The notes beneath the pieces are model-generated. The model was given only the letters and a program-made list of their open reading frames with translations, had not been told where the DNA came from and made no database searches. Shown in pieces: positions 17,639 through 28,414 of a stretch of 64,000 bases of DNA. A program made the translations under genes and the position numbers. Numbering within the stretch: the first letter of the stretch is position 1; the number at the start of each line of letters is the position of its first letter. Origin of the DNA: Bacteroidaceae bacterium (GTDB lineage Bacteria; Bacteroidota; Bacteroidia; Bacteroidales; Bacteroidaceae); NCBI GenBank assembly GCA_024682395.1, contig JAIKZH010000081.1, forward strand, positions 6,623-70,622. Reading direction: 5' to 3'.

Positions 17639-19426
17639 TCAAAACGTGATTGCTGCACCCAAAAGTATGTTTGTTCCCGATGCTTTGTATCCATAGAACT
17701 GATCATATTTCTTGTTCATGAGATTGTTGCCTTTGGCATATATTGACAATCCCATAGGGAAGGTGTATGATAGTGAAGCTCCGAGGTCGCAAGTGTTAGG
17801 TTGCTTATATGAATATTGGGCTGATTCAAAACTTTGATAGATAAAATCTACTCCGACCTTGAAGTTTTTGATTATCTGAGCTGTTGCGCTCCAATTCATG
17901 TTGAAAACAGGACGCCATATGAGGTCGTAATCTTTTTTGTTTGACCATTTGTTATATTGATTAAACAGATTAACAGTGAGAATGTCTTTCCATTGATATT
18001 TTATATCTGCATTGGCATAGAAATGTCTTCCGTCAACAAACGTTATTGGGTTATAACATGTTGGAAGATATTCGGTGAGCCAATTCATCAGTTCTGCACG
18101 ATTTTCTTGAACATCGTATCCTGCATTTATGTCGGCGAACAGGTTCTTCATTGGTGAGAATCTAACTCCTGCTTTGAGTCGGAGTTGATCAAACTCGTTT
18201 TCCACTTCAATCTCATTACCTCCGTTGTTCAAAAATACCCAATATGGCGACATCTTATTAAATGTGGTGAAGTTTTGACAAACCTCTCCTCCTTTTGCTT
18301 CTGCGTAGATGTCAAGATTATTTGCCATATGATAGTTTACTGTCATATCTGGAGCAATCTGACTATTGCTGTTTGCATAAACTCCTAATGTAACATTAAG
18401 GTTCTTGTTTTTCCAATAAACATGTGGTATGACAGCAAAGGTGCTGTATCCCTTGACTTCGTCCATGCCATAGTTGGCATTATCAAATACGAGTTGCATG
18501 TCAAACTTTAGGTTTTCGTCTATTTTGAACTCTGGGCATAGTTTTATATCGAATAAGGTCTCCTTATATTTCTTACTTAGATTAGTGTGATATTTCTGAT
18601 TTGATAACTCAAAGTTTACATCTCCGCTAATACTAAAATTACCAAAAGAATATGGCGTTAATTCGGTATAGAAACCATATTTGGTATTGTGTTGCTTGTC
18701 AGTCTCGCCATTGATTGGCACAAGATAAGTGCCTCCACCAATAAATTCAGGAAGTGTATAAACATTATATTTTGCTAATATGTCGTTATGAAAACTCGCC
18801 GGATATCTAAGGTAGCTGAGTGGATAACCAGTTCCGTTATCTGGATTAGCATAATTAAAATAGACAAAATCCAGACCTGTGCCAGCCTGATAATTAAATA
18901 CATCAGTTCCAAGATTCATACCGAAAATCAGTGATGAATTCTTCTTTAACTTCTGATTGAAGTTGATATTAACAGAGTTTGAGTAAAACCTGCTGTTCCA
19001 TTTGTTTTCACTTTTGTAGAATCTATCTATGTCGCCTTGATGTCCTCTGATTGTATAATCGATCTCTCCTGACAGACTCTTTGTTATATCTGTATGCAGA
19101 GCAACCCTACCAAGAATATTACCTTCTGTTCCATAGCCAAACGATGCAAAATGTTTTTTCTCATTTCCAATCATTTTATTATTTTGGGCTGGGGTTATAG
19201 GTTGGAAGGTGTAAGCGTCTGTAGTCTGAGGTGTTGTTGAGTACTGCACATCATAATGGTTGGGTTTGCTCTCCTCAACTTCAGGTAGTTTGTTTATCTT
19301 GCTTGCATCCTTAACGGTTGGACGATAGTTGTTCTCTACCTCAACAACATTGTCCATCTGGGCATATATCGGACTTATTCCCAATAATACTAATATACAG
19401 AATGATATTTGTTTGTTGTACTTCAT
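17639..19426 (-). CDS. Large outer-membrane beta-barrel protein of unknown function
   Basis: Signal peptide (SPIYA-QMD), Y/N/G-rich alternating strands throughout, C-terminal ...LLGAAITF. It starts 39 nt downstream of the TPR gene. Confidence 0.55.
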   Translation of the reverse strand: MKYNKQISFCILVLLGISPIYAQMDNVVEVENNYRPTVKDASKINKLPEVEESKPNHYDVQYSTTPQTTDAYTFQPITPAQNNKMIGNEKKHFASFGYGTEGNILGRVALHTDITKSLSGEIDYTIRGHQGDIDRFYKSENKWNSRFYSNSVNINFNQKLKKNSSLIFGMNLGTDVFNYQAGTGLDFVYFNYANPDNGTGYPLSYLRYPASFHNDILAKYNVYTLPEFIGGGTYLVPINGETDKQHNTKYGFYTELTPYSFGNFSISGDVNFELSNQKYHTNLSKKYKETLFDIKLCPEFKIDENLKFDMQLVFDNANYGMDEVKGYSTFAVIPHVYWKNKNLNVTLGVYANSNSQIAPDMTVNYHMANNLDIYAEAKGGEVCQNFTTFNKMSPYWVFLNNGGNEIEVENEFDQLRLKAGVRFSPMKNLFADINAGYDVQENRAELMNWLTEYLPTCYNPITFVDGRHFYANADIKYQWKDILTVNLFNQYNKWSNKKDYDLIWRPVFNMNWSATAQIIKNFKVGVDFIYQSFESAQYSYKQPNTCDLGASLSYTFPMGLSIYAKGNNLMNKKYDQFYGYKASGTNILLGAAITF

Positions 19427-19465
19427 AATCAGTCAATAATAAAATTATAATAAATCTAAAAAGTC

Positions 19466-22300
19466 TTATTTAAGTCGCTCTTCAATCATCTTGTTGATTT
19501 CTTCGTTTTCGTTATAGTTACTCTTTAATGAGAGCAGATATTCTTGAGCCTCAATCTTACGATCGGTCTTGTTATATACGTCGGCAAGAAGAATGAATCC
19601 ACGTGCAAGCCAATACTGATGTGTTGAGCCTGAGTCAATGAATTGAGTGAGAATTTGTTCAGCTGCTGTGTATTGGTTGGTGTCGTAGGCATATTGAGCT
19701 AAACGGATTGTTGCTTGTGCTCCATATATAGTTTTCTTATCTGTTGACAGTGCTTGCAGGTCCTTAACTCCTTCTGATGCGTTGTTGAGTGCCAAATATG
19801 ATTCTGCACGATATAACAGGGCTTCTCCCTTGATGCTTTGGTCAGCTTGATTATTTTGGATAATCTGAGATGCTGTAGCCACTGTGGCATTGTAATCTTT
19901 TGCCAAGAAAGCACTGCGTAGCTTACCCTCTAAAGCAATTGCCGCCATGTCGTCGGATTGGGTCTGCTGTATCAATTGATCATAATATTTATATGCAAGA
20001 GAATAATCTTCTTTGTTCATAGAATTGATTGCAGCCTCGTTGATCATCTGATCAAGTTCGTCTGCACCAAGACTCTTGCCTGCTTTGCTTGCCAATTCTG
20101 AATATTCATTGATACGTCCTTGTTGTGTGAATATAGTTTTCAAATTGGCTAAGGCTGTGTGGGCCTCAGTTGTGTTTGGATATTGGTTGATTACGGTTTT
20201 GTACATGTTTTCAGCAGCCTCAGTATTGCCGCTTTCAAATAAAAGCATTCCCAATTCATTGTAAGCCTTACGACTTTGCTGACTTTGAGGGTATCGTTGA
20301 ATCAATTGTGTGAACACCTCAGCCGCCTTTTGTCTTGCTCCTGTCTGTATTAATGCTCTTCCTTGTTCATATAAAGCATCGGCAATAACAGTTTGTTGGT
20401 TGGCGTCTGTCGCACTTTTGTTATCGGTTAACTGATTCAATAACGATACTTTCTTGTCGTAATTGCCTCTTAATCCGTCAATGTAAGCCTGCTGGTAAAT
20501 TGCATAATTACCCGAAGCTTTGTCGCAGTCTATTGCTTGCTGGTAGGTTGCGTATGCTTTGTCGTATTGACGTTCAGTGTATAAACAGTCGGCGAGGCGG
20601 TTTAGTGCATCGGCTTTCTGAATATTGTCTATGTTATTATAGCTCAAGTCAATAAATTGACTGAAGCAGTTTTTTGCTTGAGAATATTTCTTCTGTTTAA
20701 AATAGCTATATCCGAGTGAGTATAAGGCTTGTGCGTGGTTTTTACCATTTTTCTTGTTTACATATTTCTGTAAGTCGTTGATTGCCTGACTATACTTGCC
20801 CTGACGATACGATGATTCACCATGGATATACAATGCTTCGGACGAATTAAGCTGTATAGCCTGAGAAGTGTAGATGTCGGATTGCTTATAGTTGTTCTTT
20901 ATAAATTCTTGAGCACCAAGATTATATAGAACTGTTTGCTTTGCTTTGATAATGTCGTTGTCGGGATTTTTTATCTTGTTTATTGATGCCAATGCAGCCT
21001 GATAATTCTTAGTTGTGAAATACACTTCGGTGAGATGCTTGCTCACACTTGGCGCATATTGGCTGTTGGGAAACGTGTTGAGATATTTCTCGAAGACTGT
21101 GACAGATTCTCCAAATCCCATTGTGTTTCCTTCGTGAAGACACAAGGCGTAATTATATAATGCTTCTTCCTGAATCGGTTTGCTTTGACTCATTTCTGAA
21201 GCTTGTTGGAAGGCTATCTGTGCTGATTTCTTGTTGTTTGTCCTTAAATAGCTGATACCGGCATTGAGCCATGCGCTTTGTGCCATAATGTCGTTGGCTG
21301 TAGAGGCACTCTGACTTAACACTGGTGCTGCATTTTTGTAATCTTTTGTCTGATACAAACTCATTCCAAGTTTGTACAATGCAACTCTTTTTGGCGATTC
21401 TGTCCCTTTGCAATACTGTTGAAGAGGCTGTATGGCAGACTGGAAGTTGTTTTTATCGAAGTATGACTCACCATAAATTCGTTTTACTTCATTGTCGATA
21501 TCATTGTAATCGAACATGAATCTACCGTCAGTTGAGTTCTGTCCTTCTTGTTCTAATGGCTTGTAACCAAACAATGATGCTAAGGCCATATCAGGATTGC
21601 CTAATCGAAGATAGCAGTCGGCGAGATACATAGGCACCACTTTGCCATATACATCATGTGACTGCAGTATTGAGAAACCATTTAATGCTTCCTGATAATC
21701 CTCTTTCACGTATTTTAGATATGTGGTGTAGAATATCACGTCGGTTGAGTGGGTTTGACAGCCTTGTAATGCTTGTAGAATTGCTTCGGCATTGTTGTAG
21801 TCGCCAGTCTTCATATCTGCAATGGCATTACATAACAGAGCTTCCTCATATTCTCTTTTGTTGAGATTGTCAAGGTCGGTATTTCTGTAAATATCTATTG
21901 CTTCCTCATATTTTCCGTTACGTACTAACAGATTGGCATTAAGTACTTTTAGGCGATCTGCCATTAAAGAATACTGATTGTAAACGGCTAACTCATCAAG
22001 CCATTCCTGTATCGCAGCATCCGTATTTGGCACACCAAGGAAATAGTCACACACCAATGATAAAGCTTCTGCTTCGTAGATTCTGCTGTCTCCGCTTGTT
22101 GTGCCACCATTTGTCTCATTTTCCTTTATGAACTTCTTGAGTGAGCGTGCTGCAGCATAGAAATGTCCGTCGTCGGCTAATCTGACAGCTTCTTCATATG
22201 CTTGATTAGTATGCCCTTCAGCACGATAGTGTTGAGAATATATATTTTGAGAAGTTCCAACTGTAAGAAATAATGCTAAGTAAAATATCTTATTCTTCAT
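19466..22300 (-). CDS. Secreted multi-TPR repeat protein (~944 aa)
   Basis: Signal peptide MKNKIFYLALFLTVGTSQNIYS-Q, then many A/Y/L-patterned 34-aa TPR-like repeats. The listed start at 22336 is TTG and overlaps a -7 box, so I prefer the ATG at 22300. Confidence 0.7.
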   Translation of the reverse strand: MKNKIFYLALFLTVGTSQNIYSQHYRAEGHTNQAYEEAVRLADDGHFYAAARSLKKFIKENETNGGTTSGDSRIYEAEALSLVCDYFLGVPNTDAAIQEWLDELAVYNQYSLMADRLKVLNANLLVRNGKYEEAIDIYRNTDLDNLNKREYEEALLCNAIADMKTGDYNNAEAILQALQGCQTHSTDVIFYTTYLKYVKEDYQEALNGFSILQSHDVYGKVVPMYLADCYLRLGNPDMALASLFGYKPLEQEGQNSTDGRFMFDYNDIDNEVKRIYGESYFDKNNFQSAIQPLQQYCKGTESPKRVALYKLGMSLYQTKDYKNAAPVLSQSASTANDIMAQSAWLNAGISYLRTNNKKSAQIAFQQASEMSQSKPIQEEALYNYALCLHEGNTMGFGESVTVFEKYLNTFPNSQYAPSVSKHLTEVYFTTKNYQAALASINKIKNPDNDIIKAKQTVLYNLGAQEFIKNNYKQSDIYTSQAIQLNSSEALYIHGESSYRQGKYSQAINDLQKYVNKKNGKNHAQALYSLGYSYFKQKKYSQAKNCFSQFIDLSYNNIDNIQKADALNRLADCLYTERQYDKAYATYQQAIDCDKASGNYAIYQQAYIDGLRGNYDKKVSLLNQLTDNKSATDANQQTVIADALYEQGRALIQTGARQKAAEVFTQLIQRYPQSQQSRKAYNELGMLLFESGNTEAAENMYKTVINQYPNTTEAHTALANLKTIFTQQGRINEYSELASKAGKSLGADELDQMINEAAINSMNKEDYSLAYKYYDQLIQQTQSDDMAAIALEGKLRSAFLAKDYNATVATASQIIQNNQADQSIKGEALLYRAESYLALNNASEGVKDLQALSTDKKTIYGAQATIRLAQYAYDTNQYTAAEQILTQFIDSGSTHQYWLARGFILLADVYNKTDRKIEAQEYLLSLKSNYNENEEINKMIEERLK

Positions 22301-22333
22301 ATTTTCTTTAATTGTATTAGTTGTTATTGATTG

Positions 22334-22341
22334 CAAAAATA
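22334..22341 (-). promoter_or_regulatory. -7 box (TATTTTTG on minus strand) for the TPR/beta-barrel operon
   Basis: The plus strand reads CAAAAATA, 33 nt upstream of the ATG at 22300. Confidence 0.45.
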
Positions 22342-22520
22342 GTTATTAATTATGAAAAGAAGTCTTATTCTGTGAATTTCTTAAATTTTATTAAGAAACA
22401 ACATGGGTTTAATAACGTTTTTTGTATTTGTGAGACCACAAAAATGTCAATTTTAGACCTTTAACAATCTTTAATAGTCGTTTTATGGAAAATTTGAAGT
22501 TGAATATCAGTAAAAAATCG

Positions 22521-22528
22521 TATCTTTG
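22521..22528 (+). promoter_or_regulatory. -7 box (TATCTTTG) for miaB
   Basis: Matches TAnnTTTG, 26 nt upstream of the ATG at 22555. Confidence 0.5.
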
Positions 22529-22554
22529 CACCAAATTTGGATTAATAGGCACGA

Positions 22555-23886
22555 ATGAAAAAACTATATATAGAAACCTACGGTTGTCAGATGAATACTG
22601 CGGACAGTGAGGTCATTGCATCAATTATGAAAATGGCCGATTACGAAACTGTCGATAGTATAGACGGAGCTGATGCAATATTGTTGAATACTTGTTCTAT
22701 TCGTGATAACGCTGAACAGAAAATATTTAACAGACTCGATGTTCTTAATTCACAAATCAAGCATGGTCATAAAATGATTGTGGGCGTTGTGGGTTGTATG
22801 GCAGAAAGAGTGAAAAACGATTTGATAGAGAAACATCACGTTGATATAGTTGCAGGTCCGGATGCTTATCTTTCTTTACCTGAATTATTTGCAATTGCAG
22901 AGTCGGGAGAGAAAGCCATAAATGTGGAATTGTCAACAACTGAGACTTACCGCGATGTTATTCCTGAGAGAATCTGTAGCGGTAGAATTTCTGGTTTTGT
23001 TAGCATCATGAGAGGATGCAATAATTTCTGTCATTATTGCATTGTGCCTTATACAAGAGGTCGCGAGCGTAGCCGTGATATAGAAAGTATACTCAACGAA
23101 GTTCGTGATTTGCATAATCGTGGATTTAAGGAAGTTACACTCTTGGGACAGAATGTCAATTCATATAGCTGGAGCAGAGATGATGAAGGTGAAACTGAGG
23201 TTATAGGTTTCCCTAAATTACTCGAGATTGTTGCAAAAGCTGTTCCAGATATGAGAATACGTTTCACTACTTCACATCCAAAAGATATGAGTGATGAAAC
23301 ACTTCATGTTATTGCAAACAATAAGAATATATGTAATCATATTCATTTACCGGTTCAAAGTGGAAGTAACAGAATACTAAAACTGATGAACAGAAAATAT
23401 ACTCGTGAATGGTATCTTGATCGTGTCAAGGCTATCCGTAAGATTATTCCAGATTGTGGACTTACTACAGATATCTTCTGTGGTTATCATTCTGAAACAG
23501 AGGAGGATCATCAAATGTCACTTTCATTAATGAGAGAATGTGGCTATGATTCAGCATTTATGTTTAAATATTCTGAACGTCCTGGAACATATGCTTCTAA
23601 GCACTTGCCTGATGATATCCCTGAAGATGTGAAAGTGCGTAGATTAAATGAATTGATTGCTCTTCAAAACCAATTATCTGCCGAGAGCTACAAGAACGAT
23701 ATCGGTAAGACTTTCGAAGTATTGGTTGAAGGTGTAAGTAAACGTTCACGCGATCAGTTGTTTGGTCGTACTCAACAATATAAAGTTGTTGTATTCGACC
23801 GTGCCAATCATAAAGTAGGTGATTTTGTCAATGTCCGCATCACTGAAGCAACATCGGCAACACTTAAAGGTGTTTTGGTTGAGTAA
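22555..23886 (+). CDS. miaB: tRNA-2-methylthio-N6-dimethylallyladenosine synthase
   Basis: N-terminal YIETYGCQMNTADSE, radical-SAM cluster CNNFCHYCIVPYTRG, C-terminal TRAM domain. Confidence 0.9.
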   Translation: MKKLYIETYGCQMNTADSEVIASIMKMADYETVDSIDGADAILLNTCSIRDNAEQKIFNRLDVLNSQIKHGHKMIVGVVGCMAERVKNDLIEKHHVDIVAGPDAYLSLPELFAIAESGEKAINVELSTTETYRDVIPERICSGRISGFVSIMRGCNNFCHYCIVPYTRGRERSRDIESILNEVRDLHNRGFKEVTLLGQNVNSYSWSRDDEGETEVIGFPKLLEIVAKAVPDMRIRFTTSHPKDMSDETLHVIANNKNICNHIHLPVQSGSNRILKLMNRKYTREWYLDRVKAIRKIIPDCGLTTDIFCGYHSETEEDHQMSLSLMRECGYDSAFMFKYSERPGTYASKHLPDDIPEDVKVRRLNELIALQNQLSAESYKNDIGKTFEVLVEGVSKRSRDQLFGRTQQYKVVVFDRANHKVGDFVNVRITEATSATLKGVLVE

Positions 23887-23973
23887 TAACAACACAGAAC
23901 ATGAAACAGATTTTGAATGTAAATATTCTTGATTTAGGTAAGAATCAGAAATAATAAAGTAAAACAAAATACT

Positions 23974-24849
23974 ATGTCATCAAGTCATAAAACCCCAGTA
24001 ATATTAAGTACACAATTCTTAACATCACTGATTAGTACAAGTCTTGTTTTGATATTGTTGGGAACCATTGTTCTTTTTGTATTATGTGCTAAAAACCTAT
24101 CTGCATATGTGCGTGAGAATATTAATATAACAGTTCTTCTGAATGATGATATTAATGGCGAACAGATTAAATCCATACATAAAACTCTAAGTGAACAGGC
24201 TTTTGTCAAATCGCTTAAATACATAAGTAAAGAACAAGCACTTAAGGAACAATGCAAAGACATGGGAACTGATCCTACTGAGTTCTTAGGATATAATCCG
24301 TTTACAGCTTCTTTCGAGATTAAGGTCAAGGCAGAATATGCCAACACTTCTAATGTAAACAAGATTATTAGTCGTCTTAAGAAATCAAATAAGGTAATGG
24401 ATGTGGTCTATCAAAAAGAACTGATGGATTCCGTAAATAATAATATACGTAAGTTCAGTGTGGTTCTATTGGTAATTGCTGTACTTTTCACGTATATCTC
24501 TTTTGCACTGATTAATAATACAGTAAGTCTTACAATATTCTCAAAACGATTCACCATCAACACAATGAAACTTGTTGGTGCTCGATGGGGATTTATACGT
24601 AGGCCTTTCTTGAACAATGCTTTTCTCTTAGGTGTTCTTTCTGCTTTGATAGCAGATGGAGTAATAATAGGCGGAATTTATTGGTTGATGGATTATGATC
24701 CAGAGATTAAGTCTATTATTGACCTGCAAGTGATAATTATAACAAGTGCAGCTGTATTGCTCTTCGGTTTGATAATCACTTATTTATGTACATACTTCTC
24801 TCTCTCACGTTATTTGCGAATGAGTAGTAATGAACTTTATCATATTTAA
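23974..24849 (+). CDS. ftsX: Cell division protein FtsX-like permease
   Basis: N-terminal TM, ~100-aa periplasmic loop, three C-terminal TMs; sits in the Bacteroidota-typical FtsX-DUF3098-UppP order. Confidence 0.75.
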   Translation: MSSSHKTPVILSTQFLTSLISTSLVLILLGTIVLFVLCAKNLSAYVRENINITVLLNDDINGEQIKSIHKTLSEQAFVKSLKYISKEQALKEQCKDMGTDPTEFLGYNPFTASFEIKVKAEYANTSNVNKIISRLKKSNKVMDVVYQKELMDSVNNNIRKFSVVLLVIAVLFTYISFALINNTVSLTIFSKRFTINTMKLVGARWGFIRRPFLNNAFLLGVLSALIADGVIIGGIYWLMDYDPEIKSIIDLQVIIITSAAVLLFGLIITYLCTYFSLSRYLRMSSNELYHI

Positions 24850-24876
24850 AAAAAGGAAAATAAATATAAATTAGAA

Positions 24877-25134
24877 ATGAAAAATAATTTTGCTTTTGGT
24901 AAGATCAATTACCTTATTCTATTGTTAGGAATAGTTATTGTTGTTATCGGTTTTATACTTATGTCTGGTGACGGTACAACAGAACAGGCCTTTAACCCTG
25001 AAATCTTTAGTGACACAAGAATCAAAGTCGCTCCTGTAGTATGTCTGGTAGGTTTTCTTACTGTGATTGCTGCAGTGTTGGTTAAGCCTCGTAATAACGA
25101 TAATAATAGTGATAATAAAAGTATTGAGGAATAA
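24877..25134 (+). CDS. DUF3098-like small membrane protein
   Basis: 85 aa with two TM helices, in the conserved position after ftsX. Confidence 0.6.
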   Translation: MKNNFAFGKINYLILLLGIVIVVIGFILMSGDGTTEQAFNPEIFSDTRIKVAPVVCLVGFLTVIAAVLVKPRNNDNNSDNKSIEE

Positions 25135-25194
25135 ATAAGAGATCTTCTTCTTTTATAATAATCTCTTGTTATTAGTATATAATTTTTATATAGT

Positions 25195-26040
25195 ATGGAT
25201 TGGTTACAAGCCCTTCTTATGGGCATATTTCAGGGATTAACCGAATATCTCCCTGTTAGTAGTAGCGGTCACCTTGCCATTGCTGGTGAACTATTGGGAG
25301 TTGACGACCCTGATCAGATTATGCCATTTACAATAGCTGTGCATGTGGCTACAGTATTAAGTACATTGGTTATTTTATGGAAAGAAATAGTTTGGCTCTT
25401 GACTGGCCTTTTCAAACGTGGAAACGACTTCAAGCCAAGCACACATGGTATTAGCAAACTTAATGACGAACAGAATTATCTGTTATGTATCATTATTTCG
25501 ATGATTCCAGTCGGTATAGTCGGACTTTCTCCATTGAAGGATATTGTTGAAGAGGCATTTAATAGTTTGATGGTTGTGGGTATATGTCTTTTAGTGACAT
25601 CTCTGTTATTATCTTTTTCTTTCTTCGCTAAACCACGCGAGAAAAAACATATCGGATTGTTAGATGCTTTTGTGATCGGTATAGCTCAGGCTATAGCCGT
25701 TTTGCCTGGTCTCTCACGTTCGGGCAGTACAATCGGTACAGGACTAATCCTTGGAAATAAAAAAGAGAAACTGGCTCAGTTCTCTTTCTTGATGGTAATA
25801 CCGCCTATTCTTGGACAAGCATTGCTTAGCGTAAAAGATATGCTTGAAGAAGGCGTATCTGTCGCTATGTCAGGAATATCTCCATTTGCTTTGATTGTTG
25901 GTTTTGTTGCAGCCTTTGTGACAGGATGTATTGCATGTAAATGGATGATTAGTCTTGTCAAGAAGGGCAAGATGATTTATTTCGCAATCTATTGTGCGAT
26001 TGTCGGACTATCTGTGATAATATGGCAGCTATTTGTGTGA
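25195..26040 (+). CDS. uppP: Undecaprenyl-diphosphate phosphatase
   Basis: [18 protein letters not shown] and [10 protein letters not shown] motifs; polytopic. Confidence 0.9.
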   Translation: MDWLQALLMGIFQGLTEYLPVSSSGHLAIAGELLGVDDPDQIMPFTIAVHVATVLSTLVILWKEIVWLLTGLFKRGNDFKPSTHGISKLNDEQNYLLCIIISMIPVGIVGLSPLKDIVEEAFNSLMVVGICLLVTSLLLSFSFFAKPREKKHIGLLDAFVIGIAQAIAVLPGLSRSGSTIGTGLILGNKKEKLAQFSFLMVIPPILGQALLSVKDMLEEGVSVAMSGISPFALIVGFVAAFVTGCIACKWMISLVKKGKMIYFAIYCAIVGLSVIIWQLFV

Positions 26041-26099
26041 GAAGATATTTGTTTAGTAAACATCTTTAATCACACAATAACAAAGAAAACAATATATTT

Positions 26100-26834
26100 A
26101 TGTTTCAACCGCAGCAAGGAGAAATTCTTACATTTAACAAACCTTATAAATGGACTTCCTTTGATGTAGTCTCTAAGGTTAGGGCTAAGGTAAGAAATAG
26201 AATTAAGGTGAAAAAACTGAAAGTGGGTCACGCAGGGACCTTAGACCCATTGGCTACGGGTGTATTGATTATTTGTTTGGGAAAGGCAACAAAAAGAATT
26301 GAGGAATTGCAGAAACACACCAAAGAATATGTTGCTACCGTGCGTCTTGGTGCTACCACGCCCTCTTTCGATTTGGAGACAGAAGAAGATGCAACCTTCC
26401 CTACAGAGCATATAACAGAAGAACTTATTCGTAAGGTTTTGCTTCAGTTTACAGGTGATATATTGCAAACTCCTCCGATATTCTCGGCTGTTAAGGTTCA
26501 AGGTAAACGAGCATATGAATTGGCACGTACAGGACAAGAGGTAGAGTTGAAATCAAAACATGTTTTCATCGATGAAATCGAACTAATGCAATGTGATTTA
26601 GAAAATAAACAGATTGTCATTAGGGTGGTTTGCAGTAAAGGAACATATATCCGTTCATTGGCACGTGATATCGGAATAGCATTAAACTCAGGAGCATATC
26701 TTACCGACTTATGCCGAACACGTATAGGAGAATATAAATTAGCCGATTGTCTTGATATCGAAACATTCGATACATGGCTCGACGGACAAGATATAAGAAT
26801 TATGAATGAACAATCAGCAACAACTGATAAATAA
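26100..26834 (+). CDS. truB: tRNA pseudouridine(55) synthase
   Basis: Catalytic motif KVGHAGTLDPLATGVL. Confidence 0.9.
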   Translation: MFQPQQGEILTFNKPYKWTSFDVVSKVRAKVRNRIKVKKLKVGHAGTLDPLATGVLIICLGKATKRIEELQKHTKEYVATVRLGATTPSFDLETEEDATFPTEHITEELIRKVLLQFTGDILQTPPIFSAVKVQGKRAYELARTGQEVELKSKHVFIDEIELMQCDLENKQIVIRVVCSKGTYIRSLARDIGIALNSGAYLTDLCRTRIGEYKLADCLDIETFDTWLDGQDIRIMNEQSATTDK

Positions 26835-26861
26835 AATGAAAACTTTGAAAATAACAAAGAT

Positions 26862-27917
26862 ATGAAGCTTTCACAATTTAAATTTAAACTACCAAACGAG
26901 AAGATTGCGCTACACCCTCCATATCATAGAGATGAAGCGCGATTAATGGTGCTTAATCGTAAAACTGGTGAAATTGAACACAGACAGTTCAAGGACATTA
27001 TTGATTACTTCGACGATGGAGACGCATTTATCTTCAACGACTCGAAGGTCTTTCCGGCTCGCCTTTATGGTAATAAAGAAAAGACCGGTGCTAAAATCGA
27101 AGTTTTTCTTTTGAGAGAACTCAACGAAAGTATGAGACTATGGGATGTTTTGGTTGATCCTGCTCGTAAGATTCGTATCGGTAATAAACTTTATTTTGGC
27201 GAAGACAATTCTATGGTAGCCGAGGTGATTGACAACACTACATCAAGAGGACGTACTCTTCGTTTCCTTTATGATGGCCCTCATGAAGAGTTCAAACAAT
27301 CTCTTTATGCCTTAGGAGAGGCTCCTATTGCTGATGAAGTGCGTAATTTGAGACCTGCAGTTCCTGAAGATATGGAAGATTTCCAAACAATATATGCTAA
27401 GCATGAAGGAGCTGTTACAGCACCTTCTACAGGACTTCATTTCTCTCGTGAATTAATGAAACGTATGGAGATTAAGGGTATTCAGCAGGCATTTGTTACA
27501 ATGCACGTGGGACTTGGTAATTTCCGCTCAATAGATGTCGAAGATCTTACAAAACATAAGACTGACAGCGAACAGATATTTGTACCAAAAGAAGCATGTG
27601 ATATTGTTAACACAGCTAAGACCAATGGTCATCGTGTGTGCGCAGTAGGTAATACATCTATGCGTACTGTTGAAACAGCCGTCGGACCTGGAGGTGTACT
27701 TAAAGAATTTGAGGGATGGACTAATAAGTTTATATTCCCACCATACGACTTTACAGTGGCTGATGCCTTCGTTTCAAACTTCCAGTTGCCTCTTTCTGTA
27801 ATGTTGATGATGCAATGTGCATTTGGTGGATATGAATACGTAAAACGTGCATATGAAACAGCTTTAGAAGAGGATTATCACTTCGGCTGCTATGGCGATG
27901 CACTACTTATCCTATAG
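26862..27917 (+). CDS. queA: S-adenosylmethionine:tRNA ribosyltransferase-isomerase
   Basis: N-terminal [19 protein letters not shown] and [12 protein letters not shown]; 351 aa. Confidence 0.9.
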   Translation: MKLSQFKFKLPNEKIALHPPYHRDEARLMVLNRKTGEIEHRQFKDIIDYFDDGDAFIFNDSKVFPARLYGNKEKTGAKIEVFLLRELNESMRLWDVLVDPARKIRIGNKLYFGEDNSMVAEVIDNTTSRGRTLRFLYDGPHEEFKQSLYALGEAPIADEVRNLRPAVPEDMEDFQTIYAKHEGAVTAPSTGLHFSRELMKRMEIKGIQQAFVTMHVGLGNFRSIDVEDLTKHKTDSEQIFVPKEACDIVNTAKTNGHRVCAVGNTSMRTVETAVGPGGVLKEFEGWTNKFIFPPYDFTVADAFVSNFQLPLSVMLMMQCAFGGYEYVKRAYETALEEDYHFGCYGDALLIL

Positions 27918-27941
27918 AACTTATTTAGTAACATAACAGGT

Positions 27942-28361
27942 ATGCATATAGTATTTTTGGCTTTAGGTTCTAATTTAGGTGATAAAATCGCTAATTTGCT
28001 GAATGCATATAACTTGATACAGAATCGGATTGGACAGATTACTGCCCAATCCGATTTTATCATATCTAAACCATGGGGATTTCAAAGCGATAACAACTTT
28101 GTTAACTCTGTTGTGAAGGTTACAACCCAACTTGAGCCGTTCGAGTTATTACATACAACTCAGCAAATAGAACGCGATTTAGGCCGCGCTTCTAAATCTT
28201 CTAACGGTATATATCATGATCGTGTAATCGATATTGATATCTTGATATATGATTCGATATCAATAAATACACCGGAACTGATAATTCCACATCCGCATAT
28301 GCAGTCACGTTCTTTCGTCACCTATCCATTAAGTCAGATTGATGATTCTTATGTTGATTGA
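27942..28361 (+). CDS. folK: 2-amino-4-hydroxy-6-hydroxymethyldihydropteridine diphosphokinase
   Basis: FLALGSNLGD, DIDILIY and IPHPHMQSRSFV motifs. Confidence 0.85.
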   Translation: MHIVFLALGSNLGDKIANLLNAYNLIQNRIGQITAQSDFIISKPWGFQSDNNFVNSVVKVTTQLEPFELLHTTQQIERDLGRASKSSNGIYHDRVIDIDILIYDSISINTPELIIPHPHMQSRSFVTYPLSQIDDSYVD

Positions 28362-28414
28362 ATGATAAGTGGCATAAGCAGATGATACATAATGAATACC
28401 TTCATGCTATGCTA

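Noticed and set aside
17039-17746. 235-aa ORF antisense to nadB and running into the nadB promoter region
   Set aside because: It overlaps the well-supported nadB frame, and its composition (Cys/Phe-rich, no motifs) is that of a shadow ORF. The same reasoning applies to the other 60-140-aa antisense ORFs in the track.
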